Assembly (NCBI RefSeq): GCF_018350175.1
Contig: NC_058368.1
Coordinates: 33,544,001 to 33,608,000 of the forward strand
Length of the DNA: 64,000 bases
Direction of reading: 5' to 3'
Source of the DNA: Felis catus
Lineage: Eukaryota
A model generated the notes under the pieces. The model was not told the origin of the DNA. It made no database searches and saw only the letters and a list, made by a program, of their open reading frames with translations. The position numbers were made by a program, and so were the translations under genes. Every line of letters begins with the position of its first letter. Positions within the stretch are counted from its first letter, which is position 1. This document shows, piece by piece, positions 1 to 11,100 of the stretch.

Positions 1-2390
1 TGTTCTTTGTTGTTTTTGTTTGTTTTATTTCAGCACTTTGAATATATCATGGCATTCTCAGCCTGCAAAGTTTCTGCAGAAAAATCAGCTAATAGTCCCT
101 TACAACGTTTACCTTGTATGTAACTGTTTTCTTTTGCTTCTCTTAAAATTCTCTCTTTATCAGTACTTCATGCCATTTTAATTACTATATATCTTGGTGT
201 GGACCTCCTTGGATTGATTTTGTTGGAGTATCTCTTTGCCTCCTAGACTTGGATTTCTCCCCCGCCTCTCCCAGATTTAGAAAGTTGTCAGCTATTATTT
301 CTTCAAATAAATAATCTGTTCCTTTTTATCTCTTCTCCTTCCGCAAATGTTATTACACTTGATGGTGTCATTGAATTCCCTTAATCTATTCTCATATTTT
401 ATTATTCTTTTTTCTTTATATTGTTCATTGCTTGATTACTTTCCATTACTCTGTCCTCCAGGTTGCTGATTAGTTCTTCTACTTCCTCTTGTCTACTATT
501 TATTCCCTCTAGTGTATTTTTTTTATTTTTTTAATGTTTATTTCATTTAAAAGAGAGAGAGAAACACAGCAGGAGTGAGGCAGGGGCAGAGAGAGAGGGA
601 GACACAGAATCTGAAGCAGGTTCCAGGTTCTGAGCTGTCAACACAGAGCCCAATGCAGGGCTTGAACCCACGAACTGTAAAATCATGACCTGAGTTGAAG
701 TTGGTCGCTTAGCCAACTGAACCACCCAGGCACGCCACCACCCCCCCCCCCGCCAACTAGTGTATTGTTAATTTCACTTATTGAGTTATTCATCTTTTAT
801 TTGTTCTTTTTTATGTTCTCTATCCCTTTGTTGAGGTTCTCACTAGATCTTCCACTCTTTTCTCAAGTCTAGAGTATTTTTGTGAACATTACTTTAACTT
901 TTCTATCAGGGTATTACTTGTCTGTGTTTCACCTAGTTCTCTTGCTGTGATTTTGTCCTGTTCTTTCATTTGGGACATCCTCCTGTGTCTCATACTGTCT
1001 AACTCTTTGTCTCTGTTAGGAAAGTCAGCTACTTCTCCTTCTCTTGAAAGTAGTGGCCTAATAAAGACAAGGTCCTATGGTGCTCTGTATTCCAGTGTCC
1101 CCAGTTCACCAGAACATGATGCTTCAGGTATGTCTCCTATGTGTGTTATGTGTGCCCTGTTGTTGTGGCTGAGTTTTGCTTGCCTCAGTCCAGTCATCTG
1201 CCATGGCTCTCTTTGCCTGTTGTGGGCAGGTTTGTCTGATATTACTCAAGCTCAAGGTGGCCTTGTATTTTTAGTGAGACAGTCTGGGGCTGGCTTGGGC
1301 TTGAGTTGGATCAGAGCAGGCATTTGACAGAACTATGATCACACCAAACTGCAGGATGCTTTCTCTTAGTGCCCTTTTCATTGGTTGATGGGGCCTACAG
1401 TCAGGCTTGACTATAGTCCCATTGCTGGGACTATAGTTGGGCTCTGTGTGTGGTTATCTTCCCCTCTCCCCTAGGCAGGAGTCAGTTTTCAGTGGTGCTG
1501 GGCTTTGTGATTGCTTTTTGCACAATGCCAAGCTCGTGGTGTTGCTTTGCATGGACTCCTGCCAGAGACGTGTTGTATTGAGCAACTCTGCAGGAAAGCA
1601 CAGGGTCAGGTCATATGATGTTAATGTTTGCAAAGGTCTGCTATTGGAGGAGACCTGGAGTTACTTTGGAGAACTCCTGAGATGGTGGGTTGTCAAGAAA
1701 ATGTATGGGCAGGGGACACTATTAGCAAGCAGGATGGAGAGTATTCACACTAGTTCCAGTGTTGTATCTAGGCTGGGGGCTGGGAGAGGGAAATGGCTCT
1801 TTTGTTTTGGAGAAATCTAAAGATCCCTGCCTCTCTTGCAAATGTTCTGACATTAGAAAATAAATCTCTTTGCCATATACCCCAGGCATTTTTCAAACTG
1901 CTGTTACTATGCTGTCTCACAGTGGAGTTACTTGATATGCTATCTTTTTAAGGGTGGGTACTCAGTTTCCTATGGCCCTCTGGCTCTCCCAGAGCCAAGC
2001 CTGCTGATTTTTATATTTCTAGGTGTTAAGCCCCGCTAACTGTATGAACTCACAAAATTAGAGCCTTCTGGTTTTCAAAGCCAAATGTTATGACAATTTT
2101 TCTTTCCAGTGTGGGTCCCCCATGCCCGTGGTGCCTGATATGAAGTCTGCTCCTTTACGTCCTCTCTGTTTGCAGTGGTCCTCCCTCCTGGTTCAGTTTG
2201 GTTCCCGACGTCTCTGCCTTTCCTACTGTTTTCAATGTGGCCTCTCTATTTGGCTGTGGAGCGTCTGTTCTGCCAGTCTTTGGGTGGGTTATTTTCTGGG
2301 TTATTTATACTGATTGTGTGTTATCTAGGTGTATCTATATGTTGAGGTAAGCTTAGAATCCCTCAACTCTGCCATCTTCCCTGGAGGTAG
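1..2390 (-). mobile_element. LINE-1 (carnivore type), 5' UTR plus decayed ORF1; continues beyond the window start
   Basis: Reverse complement near 2390 begins CTCCAGGGAAGATGGCAGAGT, matching the 5' end of the + strand L1 at 19459. ORF1-like start at 993-991 (ATGAGACACAGGAGGATGTCCCAAATGAAAGAA). T-rich antisense ORF1 sequence. Confidence 0.9.
519..735 (-). mobile_element. Can-SINE (SINEC_Fc type) inserted in the L1
   Basis: tRNA-derived head, (AG)n tract and T-rich tail on +; TSD CTAGTGTATT at 509-518 and 757-766. Confidence 0.95.
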
Positions 2391-2609
2391 ACCCAACACA
2401 GGTCCAGTTCTATATTGAAATCTCAGTATTAATGGTTTGAGGAATATTGGTTTCTCCCCAGCATGAAAGGGAGGCATAGGCCTGATACCTATGACTTGGG
2501 ATTGTAACAGGAAAGATTGTCATAAAATAACAAGATTGTCATAAGGATTCACGAGGAAAAAGAAAGAATTGGGTTATAGTTTAATTTGCATTATTCTTCT
2601 CATACATAG

Positions 2610-2951
2610 TGTTATGCCCAGAATTCGTGATCCCCAAAGACCACTAGGGAGCCGAGTCCGATGCAAAAGCAAAGAGCCTTTATTCGAGCTAGCTCGAGCT
2701 CAATCCCCTACCTGCACCGATGCAGCGGTGAGATACCAGAGAGAGAGAGAGTGAGTTTCAAAAGGACAAAGGTTTTATTGGGGCCTGGGGGCAGTTGGTG
2801 AGGTAATGGCTATGGCCTCAGCCGATTGGCTGGGGAAGGGTCCGAGTCCTGTTAGGCTGGGGGGGGGGGGTGTTACTCAAGGGGAGGAGGTGTGGTCAAG
2901 GTGAAGGACACAGAACAAGATGGAGTCGGCCGGCGTAGGCCCGCCCTTTCA
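2610..2951 (-). mobile_element. Solo LTR of a class I (ERV1/gammaretrovirus-like) endogenous retrovirus
   Basis: On the minus strand it starts TGAAAGGG and ends CATAACA. CCAAT box (~2826), TATA-like CAATAAAA (~2775) and AATAAA (~2680) lie in LTR order. CpG-rich. Flanks CATAG / CTTAG. Confidence 0.85.
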
Positions 2952-5399
2952 CTTAGTAGTAAATTTATAGAAAGGATCATTATATGATTAAATGTATCTT
3001 AGAATAAAATGTAGCAAATGGAACAATTATCCATTTTGTTTCTCCATTGAAAAAAGGTGATAGTTATATGGCTTTTGTTTCTAATATTGATTTATACTCA
3101 CAGATATATCTGCAGTATGCTAAACTTGTACCATAAAATAATAAGAGATATTAGGGAGAATATATAACACTTTTTCCCTTCATATATTACTGCATACATA
3201 CAATAAATGATAGAATTTGAGCAATCCTTGGGTATCTTTTGGTTATCTTGGCATGTAAACCTTTAAATAAAATATGGCATGACTGGAATCTACCACTAAT
3301 AACATTAAATGTAACATTTAAATTATTGTATACAGTATTTATCTCATGTTTCCATCCTATGCTCTTTATGAGCTTTCTAGTAGAATGTTTTATTCCTTTT
3401 CATCATTTTAAAGTAATTTTATTACATTATATTGACATCCTTAAATCTGGTAATAAAGTCCTTATAGTAATGTAATATGATTCTGTAATGTTTTCTTTCT
3501 GATAATAAATAAAGATATGTTTAATAAGGTATGCCTAAGTAAAATCATATATATTACATTACATTTTTATCAGTGAAACAGTGTCATTTTAGGAGCCAGG
3601 ATCAAAGATGTGCTGGAAATATAAGTGATGTAATTTCTGGGTTTTCACCTAAGCTGAAATACTGCATGAAAGAATATATTCTCTTTGAAATTACCATTAT
3701 TGCTTCAAATAAATGGTAACTGAGAATGTCTGAATACTTTTCTCAAAATTATGGCTTTAGCTATGGTATGACACACTGTTGGTCAGATAAGAGGGCTATA
3801 GAACTTTTTAAGCATCCAGTAGTCTATTGAATTTGGATATAATATAAATCCTTTAAAGTTTAGTACATTCTTTTAAATTTAAGCAGAGGAAGTCTTTCCA
3901 TACTATTCAGTCATATGCAGTATTAATATTTTGGTGCTCTTTCTTGCTAACTTACCAGATCCCATTTGATTATTCATTATTGTTGAGTTCTTTTGGTAGA
4001 TATCAATAATATCAATAATCTCACATAATTAAAGGTAGGTTAGGACATATTCCTTTTCCTCACAACTGAGACACCAGGTGTTTTATTACAGTAAAAACAA
4101 ATCTCATATTAAATTCTTCCACAAAAGCAGGTATTGACAATTTGACACAAAAAATAACCATGTAACTTTATCTTGGAGGTTTGATAGAAACACAGCTATC
4201 TACTCTGACAAGTATTTTTAGAGTTGACTGTAGGCAGATATGATAATACTGTATTTTAGGATTCAAGTAATATTCTAGTCTGGCCATGGATAGAATTATC
4301 TCCTCTGTTCATGATAAAATGTGGACTTCTTCAGAGTTCTAGGACTGTGACACAACCCCAAAGGGTGAGAATAGTTCAGTATTACATATTTTCTACCATG
4401 CTCAGTTTTTAAAACTTTGCAATTTACACCAACTGTTTGAAAGAGGACTTCACATGGATATCAGTGATCAGTTTCATAATTTTACAAAGTTATGATCTTT
4501 GTCAAGCCTTAATCACACCATCAACAGGTTTATACTGGGAAAATCTGAATGTCAATCTAAGTTTATTTGATGAAATGTTGCTGAAAACCTTCTTCAATAA
4601 CATGTTTATCCACGTTAGATTAGACCAGCACTTGCAGTATGTTAGGTTAGGAAAACTGACTCCACTGGGTACAAAAGGACTTGGGTTACTGTATCAACGT
4701 GGCCTTTATTTAAATAGGTAAGTTCCTAGGAAGCCCCAAAAGACAAATTAATAAAAAAATAAGAAGGAAGAGATGGGGGAGAAGGGGGGCCTGTCTGATT
4801 AAGGGGCACTGAACCAAGAAGCAGTGGAGTTTGAGAAGCCAGCAGCTCCAGGTTCCACATCAATGGCCCCATTGGCCAAAGTTGGGAAGAGGGGTCCTGG
4901 TCTTCGGCTTCTACACTGGGTCCTGTTTTGACAACAAACATGTCTCAGCCCGTCAGAAATAGAAAGGTCATTGATTATTCAGTTTCAGGAATCTGATGAT
5001 GCTGATGAAGATTATGGAAGAGATTTAGACACTCCAGCTAAGAAAATTCAATCATCTTCCTGAGAAGTTAAAATTAAGAGGCGATCTTGAATGAATTCAT
5101 AAGAAGACAGTGAGAACTCAGAAGAAAAAGATGTGGAGACCAAGAAGGATGATTCTCACTCAGCAGAGGACAGTGTGAAGATGCAAAAGAAGGTCACAAA
5201 AGTGTGTTCCAGCAATGGCAGGCAGGCTCTAAAGTAGCTTCCAAACACAGAGAGAGGCTCATAGAAGATGTGGGCAGTGGAGAAGAACAAGAAGTGGAGG
5301 ATGAGGCACCATTCCATGAGAAAGATTCTGGCTGAGATGATTTCCTAATAGAAGACAATAATGAAAGTGACTATTGCAGTTCAAAAAATAAAAAAAACA

Positions 5400-5644
5400 G
5401 GGGTGCCTGGGTGGATCAGTTGGTTATGGGCCTGAATCTTGATTTTCACTCAGGTCATGATCTCACAGTTGGTTGGATTGAGCCCTGTGTTGAACTCTGC
5501 ACTGGCAGCATGGAGGAGCCTGCTCGGGATTCTCTCCCTTCCTCTCTCTCTCTCTGCCCCTCCCTTGCTCGTGCTCTCTCTCTCTCTCTCTCTCTCAAAA
5601 TGAATAAATAGACTTTAAAGTTATTTAAAAATAGACAGAAAAGG
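5400..5644 (+). mobile_element. Can-SINE inserted in the lysine-codon A-tract of the NUCKS1 pseudogene CDS
   Basis: GGGGTGCCTGGGTGG head, (CT)n, A-rich tail; AAAAAAAACA is duplicated on both sides. Confidence 0.95.
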
Positions 5645-6778
5645 AAAAAAAACAAAAAGATGACTAAAAAGTCCAAACCTGAGAGAAAAGTAAAGCAAAT
5701 TCCCAAACTCAAGCTAAACGCTGCAGTGACACCAATCCCCATGAAAGAAAGGCAAAGGGAAGAAGGCTGTCTCCAACAGCTTCCAGGGCATCAAAGGAAA
5801 AGACTCCTTCTCCCAAAGAGGAGGAACCAGAAAGCTCTCCAGAAAAGAAACCTTCTGCAAGCCCTCCACCTGAGAAATTTGGAGATGAAGGATCTGAAGA
5901 TGAAGCACAGTTTGGGCAGCATTAAAAAAGTGATGATGGTTTGGGGAGAGATTTTATCTGAAAAAAAAAGAGAAAAAAGAAAAGGGAAAAAAACAAAACC
6001 TACTTAAGATAGAACATGGTTTTGGTTATAGCTTGACACATGGGCTTTCAATGTTTTTCCTTTTTCTTGAAGCTAACATTTTCTTTTTCTTTGTTTTCTT
6101 TAAAGAAAACTCTTGTATGTTTAACTTACCTTTTATCTGTTGGTCCTCTCTTTGCCATCACGTCCGTCCCATCTCTTCCCAATGGAAGCCATGTCCAAGG
6201 AATCACTGGATTGACTGCTTCATCTTTTTATTTTTAGTGGAAGGTATACCACAGTTGTAAAGCAGTAAGATTTGAAATGAACACTATGGAAATTTTGCTT
6301 TTTTTCTAAATGGTAGCAAGTTGAACAATAATCAAAAAATGTAGAAGTGTTTTAGTTAAAAATGATTGCTTCTTTCTCTACCTGGACTTAAAAAATATCA
6401 CTTGTCATCTAATACAAGTTTATACCTGTATACACAGTATAAATGTCTAAAAAAAACAACAAAAACAAAAAACTTCCACTGATGAAGCAGGTAGGAGATA
6501 AAGATGAATTCTGAATTATTACTAAAAGTATTCACATTTTTTTATCTTGGGGGCAGGGCAGGGAATGGTGTTATCTGACCTGTTTGAGAGTGTTTTTGTT
6601 TTGCTTTGTTTTTAATTTCATCACTTGTTAGCCCCAAGGGACCCAGAATCAGAGCTGCCCAAAACCATCCTTTTATCTTGATACAGTCTTTAAGGAACTT
6701 AAAAAAAATAGTCAAGGGCCACCAAAACTTAAATCACTCTTAGTTTCCTATTTCATTGTCTAATGGTTCCTGTTTTTA

Positions 6779-6992
6779 CTTTTTTTTTAATTTTTTTTTA
6801 ATTTCTGAGAGACTGAGGAGACAGAGCACGAGCAAGGAAGGGCAGAAAGAGAAAGGGAGACACAGAATCCAAAGCAGTCTCCAGGCTCTGAGTGGTCAGC
6901 ACAAAGCCCAATGCAGGGCTCAAACCCATGAACCATGAGATCATGACCTGATCCAAAGTTGGACGCTTAACTGACTGTACCACCCAGGCACG
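6779..6992 (-). mobile_element. Can-SINE in the NUCKS1 pseudogene 3' UTR
   Basis: SINEC_Fc-type sequence; TSD CCTGTTTTTA at 6769-6778 and 6993-7002. Confidence 0.95.
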
Positions 6993-7003
6993 CCTGTTTT
7001 TAA

Positions 7004-7048
<45 letters not shown>
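7004..7048. repeat. (TA)n(TG)n microsatellite
   Basis: Seen directly. Confidence 0.95.
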
Positions 7049-7050
<2 letters not shown>

Positions 7051-7840
7051 CATTCTGCTTCTTGGATAAAATTTTACCAAGTATCAAAAATAAATACATA
7101 CATAAAAAAACCCAAAAAACAAAAAGCAAACCTAGAATTTAAATGGCAAGATCTAGACACCAGAGTGGATTTCTTTTTAACTGACAATGTTTAGGTTTTA
7201 AGCAAATAAAGTACCAATCAATGTGAAACTTAACAGCAAAAGCATATTGATAAAACTAAATGATTTTATATACAAGACAGTCTTATGACATAATACCCTA
7301 AAGGTTTCTGAAGATGACTGTCTGCTAGGAATGAGGACTATTTTTTTTTTTTATCTAAAGAATTCCTCAATCCAATTAAGAGCATTACTGTAATCACTGT
7401 AGATGGAGAAAAGTTGCCTTGTTGCGGAAGGATGAAAAACAAGAGAATATCAGGGTTATAGTATGACCAATTCACATACAACAATTCATCCATTGAAAAA
7501 TTGCAAAAAGAAAAAAAAATGTTCCTAGTCAACAATGGTAGATCTGGATGAATTGAATTTCGTCAATTCATATGATGATAGATTTGGTAAGGGCTATGAC
7601 TAGGTTATTTTCGGATATTGAAGAGAGTTTAAATAGCAATCTGAAACAAAGGAAAGAAACAATTCATACTTTCATTCCCAAGTAGCTACAGTGATATGTT
7701 AAATCACTTTAATAAAATAATAATTATTTTTTTTATTCTTTACATTTTTATTTTTTAGAGTACAGTTGACACATGATGTTACATTAGTTCCAGGTGTACA
7801 ATTTGGCAATTTGGCAAGTTTATATATTATGCTACGTTTA

Positions 7841-8064
7841 TTTTTATTTTTTTAATGTTTATTTACTTTTGAGAGACAGAGAGACAGAGACAGAGTGTGA
7901 GTGGGGGAGGGGCAGAGAGACAGAGGGAGACAGAATCCCAAGCAGGCTCCAGGCTCTGAACTGCCAGCACAGAGCCTGATGCAGGGCTCGAACCCACGAA
8001 CCGTGAGATCATGACCTGAGCTGAAAGTCAGACCCTCAGCCAACTGAGACACCCAGGTGCCCCC
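7841..8064 (-). mobile_element. Can-SINE
   Basis: TSD ATTATGCTACGTTTA (7826-7840) / ATTATGCTGTGTTTA (8065-8079). Confidence 0.95.
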
Positions 8065-8263
8065 ATTATGCTGTGTTTATAAGTGTAGCTTCCATCTGTC
8101 TTCATACATTACTATTAATATCATTGCTTATATTCCTTCTGCTGTGCCTTTTATTCTCATGATTTATTCATTCCATAACTGGAGCTTGTATCACCCACTC
8201 CCATTCACCCATTTTGCTGAACTCCCCAACTCCCTTCCCCTCTGGCAATCATCAGTTCTGTGT

Positions 8264-8465
8264 TGTTTTTTTTAATGTTTATTTACTTTTAACAGAGAGA
8301 GCAAGTGGGGGAGGGACAAGAGAGAGGGAGACACAGAATTGGAAGCAGGCTCCAGGCTCTGAGCTGTCAGCACAGAGCCTGACCCGGGGCTCGAACTCAC
8401 AAACTGTGAGATTGTGACCTGAGCTGAAGTCGGACACTCAACTGACTGAGCCACCCAGGTGTCCC
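8264..8465 (-). mobile_element. Can-SINE
   Basis: SINEC_Fc-type body; TCTGTGTT on both flanks. Confidence 0.95.
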
Positions 8466-8869
8466 TGTTCTCTGTGTTTTGAAGTCTGATTCTGTTTTGT
8501 TTTGTTTTGTTTTGGTTCAGCTTACGAGTGAAATAATATGGGATTTGTCTTTTTGCACCTAAATTATTTCACTTAGCATAATACCATCTAGGTCCATTCA
8601 TGTTGTCTCATATGTCTCATATGTCATGATCTCATATTTTTATGGCTGCATAATATTCTAAATATGTATGTATATTTATATTTGTACATTATATATTTTG
8701 CTATATATGTATATTTATTTATACACACATACATACATACATATGTACACCACATCTTCTTTATCCATTCATCTGTTGATGGACACTTAAGTTGTTTCCA
8801 ATCTTGGCTACCATAAATAATGCTGCAATAAACATAGGGTTGCATATATACTTTTGAATTAGTGTTTTT

Positions 8870-9075
8870 TATTCTTTTTAAATGTATTTATTTTTGAGAG
8901 AGAGAGAGAGAGAACACAAGGGGGAAGGGACAGAAAGAAAGAGAGAGAATTCCATGCATGCTTTTTACTGTGAATGCAGAGCCCCATACAGGGCTCAGAC
9001 CCATGAACTGCAAGATCATGACCTGAGCTGAAACCAAGGGTCAGATGCTTAACCAAGTGAGTCCCCGGGTGATCC
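8870..9075 (-). mobile_element. Can-SINE (more diverged)
   Basis: TSD TAGTGTTTTT at 8860-8869 and 9076-9085. Confidence 0.9.
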
Positions 9076-10249
9076 TAGTGTTTTTGTATTCTTTGGGCAT
9101 ATATCCAGTAGTGCACTTACTGGATCATGTATGTGGTAGTTCTTTTTTTAATTTTTTTAAGAAACTCCATACTGTTTTCCATAGAGTTATATCCATCAAA
9201 GTGTACAAGGGTTCATCTCTGCACATCCTTACCAGTATTTGTTATATATTATCTTCTGACTTTAGCCATCCTGACAGGTATAAGGTGATGTTTCACTATG
9301 CTTTTGATTTTCATTTCCCTGATAATTAATGATGTTGACCATTTTTTCATGTGTCTTGTCTATCTGTGTGGTTTCAATGGAAAAAATGTCTACTCAGGTC
9401 ATCTGCCCATTTTTTAATCAGATTGTTTTTTTTGGTATTGGGTCATACAAGTTCTGTTTATATTTTGAATATAACCCCTTATTAGATATATCATCCACAG
9501 AGATCTTCTCCTATTCAGTAGGTTGCCTTTTTCTTTTTCTGGTGGTTTTCTTGTTGCACAAAAGCTTTTTATTTTGATGCAGTCCCAATAGTTTATTTTT
9601 GTTTTTGTTTCCCTTACCTTAGGAGACATATCTAGAAAAATGTTACTATGGCTGATGTCAGAGAAATTACTTTGTGTTCTCTCCTAGGATTTTTATGGTT
9701 TCAGGTCTCACGTTTAGAGTTTATTTTTGTGTATGGTGTTAAAAGGTGGACCAGTGTCATTCTTTTACTTGTCCAGTTTTCCCAGTACCATATATTAAAT
9801 ATGCTTTGTCTTCATTGTATATTCTTGCCCCTTTTTCATAAATTTATCTTATAATCATGGATTTATTTCTGAGCTCTCTATTCTGTTATTGTGATCTATG
9901 TATCTATTTTTGTGCCAGTACCATACTGTTTTGATTACTATAGCTTTGTGGTATATATTGAAATCTGGAATTGTGATAGCTCCAGTTTTGTTCTTCTTTC
10001 TCTACATTGCTTTGGTTATTTGGGATCTTTAGTGGTTCCATGCAAATTCTAGGATTATTTTTTCTAGTTTTGTGAAAAATGCAATTGGTGTTTTGATAGG
10101 GATTGCATTGAATCTGTAGATTTTGGGGGTTAATATGGACATTTGAACAATGAAAATAATTTTATAATTCTATAAGTGGTCTATCACAAAGCAGAAACAA
10201 GGAAAATTATGTTGAAAAATTATGATTTCTAGGTAAGAGTTTTAGAGGA

Positions 10250-11100
10250 AACCTAAGTAAAGAACTGATCATTATTATTCCTATGGAGTACAAAGTGCAT
10301 CCCATAGAGATGAATAGCTCTGCACAATCAGCAGAAGTTCTACTTTAGAGATGAAAGCTAATCAATGTAGATGAAATTATAGATCTCTTAAAAATCACTA
10401 CATCTCAACTTCTAATGTGATCATTAACTTAGATAAGAGTCATCAAGTGGCATTGGCAATTGTTGGATGGGAAAAGGGAGGGATGTTAGATATTCATGTG
10501 ATGCTAAGTTATGTTTTATTAACAAAAGGAAAAACAGTACATGAGGAAGGAATCAAACTGTCACCATTTAATAAATTGGCCAATCTCACCATTATTCATA
10601 TTGGGGTGACCAAATATAACTTAACATTTAATGCCATATTAAGCATTAATTATCATATACAATTAAATAATATAATTTTAAGAAAGTTTAACTTTGAATC
10701 TAATAAATCCCTTGTTTTTACTTCCCAATTTACAAGAATTATAGGGAATTGGGGTAATTCAATCTTCAGCAAAATAGGTCAGTCACAACTGCTCCCTTCA
10801 ACAACTAAGAATATTGTTAACAAAAAGCACTGTTAAAAATGTAGAGTCTGGAAGCATCGAACAATCAAATGTGATTAGTCCTAAATTAGATCTTGATACT
10901 GAAAATGAGCTGTAAAGATAATTTGGGGGGAAAGTGTTAGGCTAGAATATTTAATGAATTATTATTAAATCACCAGAAAGCTTGTGAGAATGTATTTCTC
11001 ACCATGTAAAGGGATGTTTACATTTTCTACAGAATCATACTGAAATATTTAGGGGGGTAAAACTATATTTCTAATTTTCTCTTCTGAAATGTTAAAATTA
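10250..11100 (+). mobile_element. Ancient L1 (L1ME/L1MC-like) 3' UTR relic
   Basis: Motifs resembling old L1ME 3' UTRs (TGAATCTAATAAATCCCTTG...CAATTTACAAGAA; ACAATCAAATGTG...TAGATCTTGAT...CTGTAAAGATAATTTGGGG). Recalled similarity only. Confidence 0.55.

Larger units (their letters stand above)
4757..7237 (+). pseudogene. NUCKS1: Processed (intronless) pseudogene of nuclear casein kinase and CDK substrate 1: 5' UTR, disrupted CDS 4940-5925 and part of the 3' UTR
   Basis: ATG 4940 gives MSQPVRNRKVIDYS (NUCKS1 MSRPVRNRKVVDYS), then after a frameshift FQESDDADEDYGRD, ...[11 protein letters not shown]..., [10 protein letters not shown]...AAVTP, and [14 protein letters not shown] (TAA 5923-5925). 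Premature stops at 5061, 5088 and 5100, frameshifts, no introns, AATAAA at 7205-7210. Confidence 0.95.
7726..10150 (-). mobile_element. 5'-truncated LINE-1 (ORF2 3' part plus 3' UTR) with three nested SINEs
   Basis: T-rich tail at ~7726-7756 followed by antisense L1 3' UTR. Minus-strand ORF 9414-9629 (MSPKVRETKTKINYWDCIKIKSFC) is typical L1 ORF2 C-terminal sequence. Confidence 0.92.

Noticed and set aside
4437..4723. 94-aa ORF ending at a consensus donor AG|GTAAGT (~4717)
   Set aside because: No recognisable protein, no convincing acceptor and no partner exon on +; one such hexamer is expected by chance.
5660..6007. 115-aa lysine-rich ORF as a functional gene
   Set aside because: It is the post-SINE remnant of the NUCKS1 pseudogene and shifts out of the NUCKS1 frame after about 30 codons.
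6779..9075. Four co-oriented SINEs as a regular array or CRISPR-like structure
   Set aside because: Each has its own TSD and spacing is irregular; co-orientation fits L1 endonuclease preference for the T-rich strand of the host sequence.
10417..10836. 139-aa ORF
   Set aside because: It lies in an ancient L1 3' UTR relic, has AT-biased composition and no recognisable domain.
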